64,000 nt of DNA from Candidatus Sulfomarinibacteraceae bacterium (GCA_963796455.1 CAWCLO010000001.1:64001-128000); one strand, 5' to 3'; counted from the first letter of the stretch, positions 1 through 12,360 are shown. Notes: generated from the letters alone by a model not told the origin. Numbers and translations: made by a program.

Positions 1-1157
1 TGCGCTTCATCCCGGTCCGCTTCAAAGACGCCTACGGTCCGGTTGGCGCCTGGTTCCTGCTGTTCAAATCCCGCGCGACCAACGCCTTCGGTGGCGAGTA
101 CATGGTCGAGCGGCGTGACGAGCTTCAGAACTGGAAGCCCTACGGTCTGGTGAAGCCGATCCCGGCAAACCTCCGTAACTACCTCGGCATGCTCGACGTC
201 ATGGAAGGCAAGGGCCCGATCTACATGCGGACTGACGAGGCCATCCAGAAGATCGCCGACCAGTTTGCCGACGATCCAAAGGCCTACAAAGCCAAGATGA
301 AAGAGCTCGAGAACGAGGCATGGGAAGACTTCCTCGACATGACCATCTCGCAGGCCATTCTGTGGGCCGCGAGTGATGTCCAGCCCGAACTGAAGTCCTC
401 CGAAATCGCGGCCGCCGAGCCCTATTTCATCGGCTCGCACTCCGGTGCCTCCGGCGCCTGGGTGAGCGGACCCGAAGACCTTGCACCGCCCGAGTATTTC
501 TGGGGCTACGAGAACATGTGCACCACCAAGGGACTGTTCGCGGCTGGTGATGCCACCGGCGCCTCGTCGCACAAATTCTCCTCCGGTTCCCACGCCGAGG
601 GTCGGATCGCCGGTAAAGCCGCGGTTCGCTACCTCGTCAACGAGAACCCGCCGATGCCGACCATCGACGACGCAACGGTGGAGAATCTGAAGGCGGCGAC
701 CTTGAAGCCCCTCGATGTCTTCGCGGAGCACAAGGACTTCACCTCGCAGACCGACGTCAACCCGAACTACATCCTTCCGAAGATGTTCATGTTCCGGTTG
801 CAGAAACTCATGGACGAGTACGCCGGCGGCGTCGGCTCCCAGTTCACCACCTCGAAGATGCTCTGCGAGCGTGGTCTCGAACTGCTTGCCATGCTCAAGG
901 AAGATTCCCAGTACATCGGTGCTGAGGATCTCCACGAGCTGATGCGTGCCTGGGAAAACGTGCATCGCATGTACCAGGCTGAAGCGCATGTCCGCACGAT
1001 CCTGTTCCGCGAGGAAACCCGTTGGCCGGGCTACTATTTCCGCGCCGACTTCCCCAAGCTGGACAACGACAACTGGCTCTGCTTCGTCAACTGCATTATG
1101 GATCCGGAAACGGAAGAGTGGGAGATGCTCAAACGAGACATTCTCCCCATGAGCTGA
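1..1157 (+). CDS. aprA: Adenylylsulfate (APS) reductase alpha subunit, 5'-truncated by window edge
   Basis: Frame is open from base 3: RFIPVRFKDAYGPVGAWFLLFK, EAWEDFLDMT, HKFSSGSHAEGR, FREETRWPGYYFRADFP are AprA signature segments. Lies next to qmo and sat. Confidence 0.96.
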   Translation, partial: RFIPVRFKDAYGPVGAWFLLFKSRATNAFGGEYMVERRDELQNWKPYGLVKPIPANLRNYLGMLDVMEGKGPIYMRTDEAIQKIADQFADDPKAYKAKMKELENEAWEDFLDMTISQAILWAASDVQPELKSSEIAAAEPYFIGSHSGASGAWVSGPEDLAPPEYFWGYENMCTTKGLFAAGDATGASSHKFSSGSHAEGRIAGKAAVRYLVNENPPMPTIDDATVENLKAATLKPLDVFAEHKDFTSQTDVNPNYILPKMFMFRLQKLMDEYAGGVGSQFTTSKMLCERGLELLAMLKEDSQYIGAEDLHELMRAWENVHRMYQAEAHVRTILFREETRWPGYYFRADFPKLDNDNWLCFVNCIMDPETEEWEMLKRDILPMS

Positions 1158-1173
1158 TTCCGATCTCTATTTC

Positions 1174-1206
1174 GGCCCCAGGCGCTTCGGCGCCTGGGGC
1201 CTTTTT
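1174..1206 (+). terminator. Rho-independent terminator after aprA
   Basis: GGCCCCAGGCGC-TTCG-GCGCCTGGGGCC perfect 12-bp stem followed by TTTTT. Confidence 0.85.
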
Positions 1207-1224
1207 CCCCTGAGGAATACTCTC

Positions 1225-1545
1225 TTGACCACTATTGAAAAGCCCGTATGCCCGCATTGCGATACCCAACTTCAAGCTTTCGAACTTCCCGATGCCACCG
1301 GTTATGAAGGGGAGTTCCAGTTCGCCTGCTTTAACGACGAATGCCCATACTACGTCCGGGGCTGGGACCACATGGAGTCGAACTACGCCGTCAAGGCGTC
1401 CTATCGCTTCCGTGTCGACCCCACCACCGGCAGAGGTTCGCCGCTGGCGGTTTGGTCCAAAGATGCCATCAAAGACCGCATCATCGAAGCCTCCGTCGGC
1501 AATTCAGACAACTCTCAAATTGAAGATAACGGAGGGAGCTCATGA
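1225..1545 (+). CDS. Small Zn-finger/Cys-rich protein (CPHC...CFNDEC), uncharacterised
   Basis: TTG start after GAGG RBS; CxxC and CxxxxC pairs; stop overlaps the next ATG. Confidence 0.75.
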   Translation: MTTIEKPVCPHCDTQLQAFELPDATGYEGEFQFACFNDECPYYVRGWDHMESNYAVKASYRFRVDPTTGRGSPLAVWSKDAIKDRIIEASVGNSDNSQIEDNGGSS

Positions 1546-2349
1546 GCACCGCCGATGCAGATCTGCCGCAATTCCTGATCGACAAGCGGCAACTCGGGGA
1601 CGGTGAGACCTTTGGTTTCACCTGCCACCCAGGAGTCCCATGTTTCAACTCCTGTTGCGCCGATATCAATATTGTTCTGACACCCGCCGATGTGCTCCGT
1701 CTCGCTCGGAACCAAGGTATGCACACCCGCGAATTTCTCGAGACCCACACGTCGAACCCGATCACAAAAGACCTCAAAATCCCGATGGTGATGCTCAAGA
1801 TGACCGACAAGGAAGGCAAGCCGTGCCCCTTTGTCGGCGAACAAGGCTGCACGGTCTACGAGGATCGCCCCTGGGCCTGCCGTATGTACCCGCTCGGTAT
1901 GGCGATTCCGCCTGCTCGCGCGGGTGAGGAGCCGGACCCGCTCTTCTTCGTGTTCGAGGACGATCACTGCAAAGGCCGCGAACAACCCGACCGCAAAAAT
2001 TGGACGGCGGCACAGTGGCGTGAAGACCAGGAAATCGACGATCACGAGGCGCTCGAAGACCGGCTTCCGCGAGCTGGTCAGCCACCCGTGGTTTATCGGC
2101 GGCCGCACCCTCGATCCCAAGCGGATGCACATGCTCTACACCGCGTGCTACGACCTCGACACCTTCCGCGCATTCGTTTTCGATTCATCATTCTGTGACC
2201 GATTCGATATCCCAACCGAGACCCTCGAAGAACTCAAGACCAACGACGAGGCCCTTCTCAGCTTTGCATTCCGGTGGCTGCGGTTCGCGCTTTTTGCCGA
2301 ACCCACCCTGCAGGTGCGGGAAGAAGAGGCCGAACGGAGAAAGAAATGA
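1542..2349 (+). CDS. YkgJ-family (Zn/Fe-chelating) cysteine-cluster protein; one frameshift near 2060
   Basis: FTCHPGVPCFNSCC and CPF...GCTVYEDRPWACRMYP motifs. Removing one C in GAAGACCGGC joins ORF 1542 to the frame ending at 2349 (ALEDGFRELVSHPW). Confidence 0.8.
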
Positions 2350-3595
2350 GCGAAGCCAAGCAGTCCGTGCTCGTCATCGGTGCCGGCATCGCTGGGATCA
2401 GCGCCGCCCTCGAGGCGGCCGAGACCGGCGCCGAGGTAGTTCTGGTGGAACGTGACCCGTCAGTCGGCGGCCGTGTCACTACGCACAAAAACTACTTCCG
2501 AAAATGTGCCCGCCCTCGTGCGGTATGGAGATCAATATCCGCCGCCTCGAGCGCAACCCGAGGATCCGCGTGCTGACAAACGCCCAGGTCACCTCTGCCA
2601 AGCAGACGGACACCGGCTGGACGGTTGACGTGGCTCGCGAACCCGCGTGGGTGAATGACAAATGCACGGCCTGTGGCGACTGCGAAAAAGCCTGCACCAC
2701 CGAGGTCGACGATCCATACAACCTCGGACTGTCGAAAGCCAAGGCGATCCGACTCCCCTTCGCCACCGCGTGGCCGAAGATCTACACCTTCGACCGCTCG
2801 GCGGTGGGCGACGACGAAGCCAAGAAGATCGCCGACGCCTGCACCTACGGCGCGGTCGATCTGGATGCCAAGCAATCCACCTACACCTTCGAGGTCGGGG
2901 CGGTGATCGTGGCCACCGGCTGGAAGCCCTATTCGATCGACAACCTCGAGCGGCTGGGCGGCAAACTCGACAACGTGATCGCCAACGTCCAGATGGAGCG
3001 AATGGCCTCTGAAACGGGCCCGACCGGCGGCATGATCCAAAAGCCGTCCAATGGTGAGGCACCGGCGAAGGTCGCCTTTGTCCAGTGCGCCGGCTCGCGA
3101 GACGTCAACCACCTCGCCTATTGCTCAGGGGTCTGCTGTCTTGCCAGTCTCAAACAGGCCACCTACGTCAAGGACCAGCTCCCCGATGCCGAGGTCACGA
3201 TGTACTACATCGACCGCCGAGCGCCCGGGCGCAACGAGGATGTCCTCGTCAAGGTCTCCGAGATCGAAGGCGTCAACCTCGTCAAGGGCAAGGTCGGCCG
3301 AATCGAGCAGAACGGCGACGGTCTCACGCTTCATGTCGAGGACGTCGAGAACGAGCGGCTCCTCGAAGCCGAGGCCGATCTCGTGGTGCTCGCCACCGGC
3401 ATGGTGCCGAACGCCATCGACGACGACCTCTCGGTCTTCACACGCAAAGACGATGATGGCTTCGTCCTCGACGACCTCGATGCCGGGGTCACGGTGGCCG
3501 GCGTTGCCCGCCGTCCGGAGGATGTGGCCGCGTCAGTCCGAGACGCGACCGGAGCCGCGGCCCGAGCCCTCGTGGCGGCCGGAAGGAGGGCGTAA
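2346..3595 (+). CDS. qmoA: QmoA (HdrA-like FAD subunit); one frameshift near 2498
   Basis: ATG 2346, VLVIGAGIAGISAA FAD motif; YF(P)KMCPPSCG restored by one extra C; VAFVQCAGSRD and YCSGVCC; first of three qmo genes. Confidence 0.88.
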
Positions 3596-5841
3596 TGGAC
3601 AAGATCGGCGTTTTTCTGTGCACCGGGTGCGGAATCGGCGACGGCATCGACACCGATGCAGTCATCGAGGCTGCCAACGAACGGGGCTGCGCCCACACCC
3701 TGACCCACGAATGTTTCTGTGCACCCGAGGGCCTGCAAGCAATCAACGGCGCGGTCGCTGAGAACGGTCTCGATGGACTGCTCATCGCTGCCTGCTCGGA
3801 ACGCGCAAAGACCCGCGAATTCAACACCCTGACCGAAGACGGCCCGTCGATGTTTCGGGTCGCCCTCCGAGACCACTGCACGTGGTCGCATGAAGCAGGC
3901 CACGAGGACACGACGATGCTCGCCCAGGACCTGGTCCGGATGGGCCTCGCCCGCATCGAGGGCATCAAGAGCATCGAACCGTTACAGGAAGAAATCAACG
4001 ACACCGTGATGGTGGTGGGCAGCGGCCGCGCCGGCCTCGAAGCCGCGCTGACGGCGGCCGGCCTCGGAAAACCCGTCGCGATCATCGAGCTCGACAACCG
4101 GCTCGGCGGGATCCTGGCCGATCAACTCTCGATCGCCCCCGAAGAACCGCCCTACGATGCACCGGTGGCCAACCCGGTGCCGAAGTTGATCGAGGAGATC
4201 TCGGGCAACGATCAGATCAAGGTCTACACCAACACCAGCATCAAGGCCATCACCGGCCAACCCGGCCAGTTCAAGGTCGAGCTTCACGGACCGGAAGACG
4301 TCGAACTGACCGTCGGCTCGATCGTCCAGGCGACCGGTGCCAAACCCTATGACGCCAACAATCTGGGCCACCTCGGCTACGGCAAGTCAGCCGATGTCGT
4401 GACCTCGCACGAGTTCGAGGCGATGCTGGCCTCTGGCAAGATCTCGTGTCCCTCGGACAACCGTACACCGCAGCGCATCGCCTTCATTCAGTGCGCCGGG
4501 TCGCGCGACGAGAATCACCTCAAGTACTGCTCGTCGGAGTGCTGTACCAACACCCTGCGCCAAATCGCCGAGGTTCAAAAGATCGAGCCGTCGATCGAAA
4601 GCGCAGTCATTCACAAGGACATTCGGACCCCAGGCCACATGGAGTACTTCTACCTCAACGTCCAGAGCCAGGCCAAGATGCTGATGACCCGGGGCGAGAT
4701 CAAGAAGGTCGAGGCCAACGGGAAGGTCTCGATCACCTCAGCGAAAGCATGCTTGGTGACAACGTGGCGGTCGAAACCGATCTGGTGGTGCTGGCAGTTG
4801 GGATGGTGCCGACGGCGGCCGACGGCGAGCTCGTCAGAGAACTCATCGACTCGCGCCATCAGGCCGAGAACTCCGAAAGCTCGCAGGTTCGTGAGACCGC
4901 GGCGGCCCGGGCCGAGGAGCTCAAGCAACACGAGGGCACCGAAATCCTCAATCTCAATTATCGCCAGGGACCGGATCTGCCGGCCCTCAAGTACGGGTTC
5001 CCCGACTCGCACTTCATTTGTTTCCCCTACGAAACCAGGCGTACCGGTATCTATGCTGCCGGCACCGTCCACGCTCCGATGGATTCCATCCTCGCCGCCG
5101 AGGATGGTCTCGGCGCGGCGATGAAGGCTGTCCAGTGCATCGAAATGGCCAAGCGGGGCGAGACGGTTCACCCGCGCTCCGGTGACAAGGCCTATCCCCG
5201 ACTTCTTCCTCCAACGCTGCACCCAGTGCAAACGCTGCACCGAGGAGTGCCCTTTCGGAACCCTCAACGAGGATTCCAAGGGAACTCCCGAGTTCAATCC
5301 TTTGCGCTGCCGCCGCTGCGGTATCTGCATGGGTGCCTGCCCCGAGCGAATCATCAGCTTCCAGGACTATTCGGTCCACATGGTCGCCGAGCAGATCAAG
5401 GCAATGGAAGTCCCGGACGAGGACGAGGAGAAACCAAGAATTCTCGCAATCATGTGCGAGAACGACGCGGTCCCTGCTCTCGAAGCTGCCGCCGCCAACG
5501 GCGCAACCTGGAACCCATGGGTTCGAATCGTCCCGGTCCGGTGTCTCGGATCGATGAACATCGTGTGGCTCGCCGAGGCGCTTTCGAAGGGTGTCGATGG
5601 CGTCATCCTCATCGGCTGCAAGTTCGGCGATGACTACCAGTGCCACTACGTCCGCGGTTCGGAGTTCGCGAATACCAGGCTCGACAACGTCGGCGAGACC
5701 TTGGAGCGGCTGCAGCTCGAATCCGAACGTGTCCAACTGGTTGAGCTTTCGCACGATGAGTTCGGTCGCGTCCCACAGATCCTCGACGATTTTGCTGCGG
5801 AGCTCGAAGAAATGGGCCCGAACCCGCTCAAGGGATTTTAG
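3595..5841 (+). CDS. qmoB: QmoB (HdrA-like + ferredoxin + MvhD-like domains); frameshifts near 4737 and 5197
   Basis: Joined ORFs 3595/4446/5182: FIQCAGSRD, FPDSHFICFPYETRRTGIYAAG, RCTQCKRCTEECPFG, RCRRCGICMGACP, MvhD-like CENDA...VRCLGS...GCKFGDDYQCHY. Confidence 0.9.
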
Positions 5842-5859
5842 AAGGAGGAAGGAGAAGAT

Positions 5860-7047
5860 ATGGCCTCGAATCCGGTCATTCAGTCATCATCAGAATTCCG
5901 CGAGGCGTTCTTCGAGCGCGGTGGCGAGAACGCCGCCAAGTGCTACCAGTGCGCCACCTGCTCGAGCGTCTGCGAGTTGGCGCCGGCCGACGCCCCGTTT
6001 CCGCGTCGTCAGATTCTCTGGGCCCAGTGGGGCCTCGAGGATCGGCTCATCGGCGACGCCGGGCCGTGGCTCTGCCACCAATGCAACGACTGCTCGGTGC
6101 ACTGTCCCCGGGAAGTCAACCCGGGTGATGTGATGGCATCGATTCGGGCCATGGTGGTCGAGAAGTTGGCCTTCCCGGGATTTCTCGGCTCGATGGTCGG
6201 CAATGTCAAGAAGACCTGGCCGCTGCTCGTCATCACGCCCATTGTCTTCTGGTTTGTCCTCCTCTTCGTCTCACCGGTCTCGCAGAAATTCAGCCCCACC
6301 ACAATCTGCAAGCCTCATCCATCTTGGGCCAGTTCTTTTACGATCAATACGTCCCCCACTCTCTGATCTATGTCGTCAATTTCGCAGCCGTGGGCTGGGT
6401 CGGTCTGGCGCTGTTCCTCCAGGGATCGAAGTTCTGGAAGATGCTCGGCGAAAACCAGAAGAGGACCGGAACGCTGATCGGCTCTCTGATCGGCGTATTT
6501 TTCAGGATTGCCTTCCACACCAAATTCTTGGCCTGCGATCATGGCGTACCCAAACGAAGATGGGGGCATTTCCTCGTCATGTGGGGCTTTGTCGGCGCGG
6601 CCGTCACGTCGGGATTGGCGGTCGTGTTCCTCTATGGGGAAACATCTTTTTCTCGTGGTTCTTCAAGCTCCTGCCGTTCGAAACACCGGGTTACCCGGTT
6701 GAGATCACCCACTGGATGAAGCTGCTCGGTAACATCTCCGCGGTGGCCCTGGTTCTCGGTGGGCTGCTGCTGTGGATCAACCGCCGCAAGACTGGCGAAA
6801 AACTGGTCGGCGCACGACGCCGTTCGACCGCTTCTTTCTCTGGGTCGTCCTGGCCGTCATCGGAACCGGCGTGTTCACCGAAATCTTCCGGTTCATGCCC
6901 GGTCTCTCGCCGATGACTCGGGTTTGCGTCTACATCGTCCACCTTGGAGTGGTGCTCTGCCTGTTCCTCACCCTCCCCTACTCCAAATTCGCACACATTC
7001 TCTATCGCACTCTGGCAATGGCGCACGAACGCATGACCACCGACTAG
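5860..7047 (+). CDS. qmoC: QmoC (2x[4Fe-4S] plus cytochrome b membrane subunit); frameshifts near 6270, 6640 and 6812
   Basis: CYQCATCSSVC, WAQWGL, WLCHQCNDCSVHCP; TM helices with GHFLVMWGF, KLLGNISA, VHLGVV and LPYSKFAH spread over successive frames. Confidence 0.88.
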
Positions 7048-7101
7048 GTACTGAAAAAAACAAGCCTCGTATGGGGCGCAAAAAAACAGGGAGACAACAG
7101 C

Positions 7102-8295
7102 ATGATCAAACCACACGGATCCGACACACTGAACCCGCTGTACGTGGCGGACGATGCCAAGCGCGCCGCCCTCCAAGCCGAGGCGGCGGGACTCAAGTCC
7201 ATCGTCGTCTGCTCGGCAGCCGCGGCCAACGCCGTGATGCTCGGTTCGGGTTACTTCAACCCCCTCACCGGCTACATGGATCTCGATGACGCCATGTCCA
7301 CCTCCGACAAGATGGTCACCAAAGACGGTGTCTTCTTTCCGGTGCCGGTCGTCAATGTGGTCGAGGACGCCTCCGGCATCGAGCCCGGCATGCGCATCGC
7401 CCTCAAAGACCCCAACGTAGACGGCAACCCGGTCCTCGCCATCCAGACCGTCGAAAAGGTGGACACCGCCACCGACGAGCAGATGGCCTTCATGACCAAA
7501 AAGATCTTTGCCACCGATGACATGGACCACCCCGGCGTCAACGCCTACAACACCGTCGGCAAGACCTTCATCGCCGGTCCCATCGAGGTTCTCAACTACT
7601 CGTATTTTCAGAGCGAGTTCCCCGAGACCTTCCGCACCGCCACCGAGATCCGCGAGCTCATCGAGAAAAACGGCTGGTCCAAGATCGTCGCCTTCCAGAC
7701 CCGCAACCCCATGCACCGCGCCCACGAAGAGCTCGTCCGCATGGCCATGAAGCGCGAGAACGCCGATGGCGCCGTGATCCACATGCTGCTCGGCAAGCTC
7801 AAACCCGGCGACATCCCGGCCGACGTCCGCGACGCCGCCATTCGCAAGATGGCAGAGCTCTACTTCCCGCCCAACTCGGTGGAGATCACCGGTTACGGTT
7901 ATGACATGCTCTACGCGGGTCCCCGCGAGGCTGTCCTCCACGCGCTGTTCCGGCAGAACATGGGCTGCACCCACCTCATCGTGGGCCGCGACCACGCCGG
8001 TGTCGGCGACTATTACGGTCCATTCGACGCCCAGTCGATCTTCCACGACGAGGTCCCCGAGGGCGCCATGGAGATCGCGATCTTCGAGGCCGACCACACC
8101 GCCTATTCCCGTGAGCTGGGCGAGGTCATCATGATGCGCGAAGCCCCCGAAGGCCACAAAAAAGAGTCCTTCGTCTTCCTTTCCGGCACCAAGGTTCGCG
8201 AGATGCTCGGTAACGGCGAAGATCTGCCGCCCGAGTTCGCACGGCCCGAAGTTGCCAAGATCCTGATGGGTTTCTACCAAAGCCAAAAATCATAA
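7102..8295 (+). CDS. sat: Sulfate adenylyltransferase (dissimilatory-type ATP sulfurylase)
   Basis: VAFQTRNPMHRAHE, MLYAGPREA, GRDHAGVG and LSGTKVR motifs; intact 397 aa. Confidence 0.97.
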   Translation: MIKPHGSDTLNPLYVADDAKRAALQAEAAGLKSIVVCSAAAANAVMLGSGYFNPLTGYMDLDDAMSTSDKMVTKDGVFFPVPVVNVVEDASGIEPGMRIALKDPNVDGNPVLAIQTVEKVDTATDEQMAFMTKKIFATDDMDHPGVNAYNTVGKTFIAGPIEVLNYSYFQSEFPETFRTATEIRELIEKNGWSKIVAFQTRNPMHRAHEELVRMAMKRENADGAVIHMLLGKLKPGDIPADVRDAAIRKMAELYFPPNSVEITGYGYDMLYAGPREAVLHALFRQNMGCTHLIVGRDHAGVGDYYGPFDAQSIFHDEVPEGAMEIAIFEADHTAYSRELGEVIMMREAPEGHKKESFVFLSGTKVREMLGNGEDLPPEFARPEVAKILMGFYQSQKS

Positions 8296-8333
8296 TCTTC
8301 ATTTTCATCGCAATACGGTCTATTGCATTTCAA

Positions 8334-8362
8334 GCCCCGCCTCACGGCGGGGCGCTTTTTTT
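8334..8362 (+). terminator. Rho-independent terminator after sat
   Basis: GCCCCGCC-TCAC-GGCGGGGC stem followed by T7. Confidence 0.8.
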
Positions 8363-8447
8363 GTCCGTGCCGCCGGCACGGACAAAAAAATCACGGCGTA
8401 GCTCCGAGCGAAGCCGGATCGATCCTCCCCAGCCCGCCCACATCACA

Positions 8448-8478
8448 AACCGCAGATAACGCAGATAAACGCAGATTG
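8448..8478. repeat. CGCAGAT triplet repeat module
   Basis: AACCGCAGATAACGCAGATAAACGCAGATT; related copies near 9512, 24470 and 40090. Confidence 0.8.
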
Positions 8479-8497
8479 TCGGGCCCGGGTAACCACC

Positions 8498-8577
8498 TGT
8501 AGGGGCGCCACCTGTGGCGCCCTTGGGCCATTGTGGGACCGTCGATCGGCAAGGGCGGGACAGGTCCCGCCCCGACA
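8498..8577. repeat. REP-like inverted doublet (REPIN-like)
   Basis: TGTAGGGGCGCCACCTGTGGCGCCCTT (8498-8524) and inverted TGTCGGGGCGGGACCTGTCCCGCCCTT (8577-8551); each is a GTAG/GTCG tag plus a hairpin. Confidence 0.75.
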
Positions 8578-8596
8578 GCCCGGTGAGAAGGCCCGC

Positions 8597-9460
8597 TCAA
8601 AAACGAGACAGGTACTCCACCAGGAGCTCATTGAAGCGCTCCGGCACTTCAAGATTCACCATATGCGCCACTTCTGGGATCGTCACGATTTCAGCATTGG
8701 GGTTGGCATCGGTCAGGAGATCCGCAATCTCGAGAATCCCCGGCATGTCGAGCTCCCCCACCACCACCAACATCGGGAGATCCAACTCGTCGAGACGTTC
8801 GATCGCCGGTGGATGAATCGTCCGTCCCTCCATGGTCGACTCGGCACCGTTGCGTGCCATGGCGCGAACCCGTTCCCGGACTTCGGCGTCGACCTCGTCG
8901 GGCTGCCGGTGGGGTCCATCGGTCCACGAACGTTGGAATGCCTCCACCAAGGCATCAAAATCTCCCGATTTCCACGCCGCGATCATGGCCTTGGAATTGT
9001 CCTCGAGTTCCGGTCCCGAAAAACGATATCCGCTCAGCCCCGAGCCTACCGCCACTACCGCCTGAACCCGATCCGGTTCCTCGAGCGCCATATCGATCGC
9101 CACTCGCCCACCCATCGAGAGCCCAACCAGAACCGCACGATCGATTTCGAGGTGGTCCATCAAAGCGCGAAGATCGGCGTGATCCCAGTAGGCCTCGGGA
9201 GGAAGCGCCGACCGACCGTGCCCGCTCGCGTCGTACCGCAGCACCCGGTGGTCACTCGAAAGCTCCTCGAATTGATCGTCCCACATGGTGCAATCGAGCA
9301 TGCCGCCGTGGAGCAGGATGATCGTTGGTTCGCCTTCACCCGTTATTTCGTAATAGAGACGGCTCTGGCCGAACTCGGCGTAGCCGGTTTCGAGGGGGAC
9401 TGGTGAGGCCCCACAGCCGGTGATCATCAGTACCACGACCAAAATGACAACTCGCATCAA
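8597..9460 (-). CDS. Alpha/beta-fold hydrolase, probable lipoprotein
   Basis: LLHGG oxyanion motif, GLSMGG nucleophile elbow, GELD and AHMVNLE; hydrophobic N-terminus ending ITGC. Confidence 0.88.
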   Translation of the reverse strand: MMRVVILVVVLMITGCGASPVPLETGYAEFGQSRLYYEITGEGEPTIILLHGGMLDCTMWDDQFEELSSDHRVLRYDASGHGRSALPPEAYWDHADLRALMDHLEIDRAVLVGLSMGGRVAIDMALEEPDRVQAVVAVGSGLSGYRFSGPELEDNSKAMIAAWKSGDFDALVEAFQRSWTDGPHRQPDEVDAEVRERVRAMARNGAESTMEGRTIHPPAIERLDELDLPMLVVVGELDMPGILEIADLLTDANPNAEIVTIPEVAHMVNLEVPERFNELLVEYLSRF

Positions 9461-9509
9461 GCAACCCCCGAATGAGGATACGGCACCCTGGCCCGCCGGT
9501 TTTCGGAGA

Positions 9510-9725
9510 ATCCGCAGATCACGCAGATGAACTCAGATTTGAAATCGCTCCGGTGTCGATAGACACGAAGAGGTTTGCGATAGCGATAGCGATGGCTCCT
9601 CTGCCCCTCCGCCCCTCTGCCATCTTGGGTACGATCCGCACCATTCGGGAACAGGATCGGACAGAGTAGGTGGACTCCCTTTCTCCCCTTCTCCCCTGCT
9701 GCCTCTCGGGCACGGACGCGGGCGA
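9510..9725. repeat. Composite intergenic simple-repeat tract
   Basis: CGCAGAT triplet, (GATAGC)n, (CCCTCTGC)n and (CCCTTTCT)n modules in series. Confidence 0.65.
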
Positions 9726-9730
9726 GGGAC

Positions 9731-9760
9731 AAAAAAAACGCCGGGGCGAACCCCGGCGCT
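9731..9760 (-). terminator. Rho-independent terminator after hppA
   Basis: Minus strand CGCCGGGG-TTCG-CCCCGGCG followed by T8. Confidence 0.85.
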
Positions 9761-9781
9761 GAGATTGATTGAAAGTGAACG

Positions 9782-12001
<2,220 letters not shown>

Positions 12002-12126
12002 GTGCTCCTCCTTCTGTCTTTCGACGTTTCAAACGGCATTGAGATTTAACCTCTGAATTATGGGCGCGATCTTGAGATCGTTCCTCCCCCCATATCGGTC
12101 CCGGATATGATACACAATTCAGAGCG

Positions 12127-12146
12127 TTTGTGAAATATCGCTCAAG
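12127..12146. promoter_or_regulatory. Candidate Rex-like operator overlapping the putative -35 of hppA
   Basis: TTGTGAAatatCGCTCAA matches 11/14 informative bases of TTGTGAA-N4-TTCACAA; minus-strand TTCACA-16 bp-TATCAT promoter-like arrangement. Confidence 0.45.
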
Positions 12147-12360
12147 CATTTTCTCGGGAATCCGGGCAATCATCCTGATAATTGAAAACAAAGCCGTTTA
12201 GGTCGTTTCTGACTGGTGGGCGGACGGCCTCATGAACGACCGCTCATATGAAAAAAGGTCAGTCGGAAAGACAAGCAGAGAATCAAAGAAAATTGATTCT
12301 CAAAATGATCGCGAAAAGCGGGAAAATCGGCTGAAAAATGTATTCAAAGGCGGTGTTGGT

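Noticed and set aside
2346..7047. Calling these genes methanogen-type hdrABC/mvhD, or programmed frameshifting
   Set aside because: Position between aprA and sat plus the membrane QmoC identifies Qmo. The indels are of mixed sign without slippery-site or stimulator patterns.
6691..8286. 531-aa minus-strand ORF (also 10169-11794, 12232-13653, 15088-16530, 16338-18269, 34998-36704, 50408-52021)
   Set aside because: Antisense shadows of well-supported genes, expected with strong GC3 bias; no motifs or RBS.
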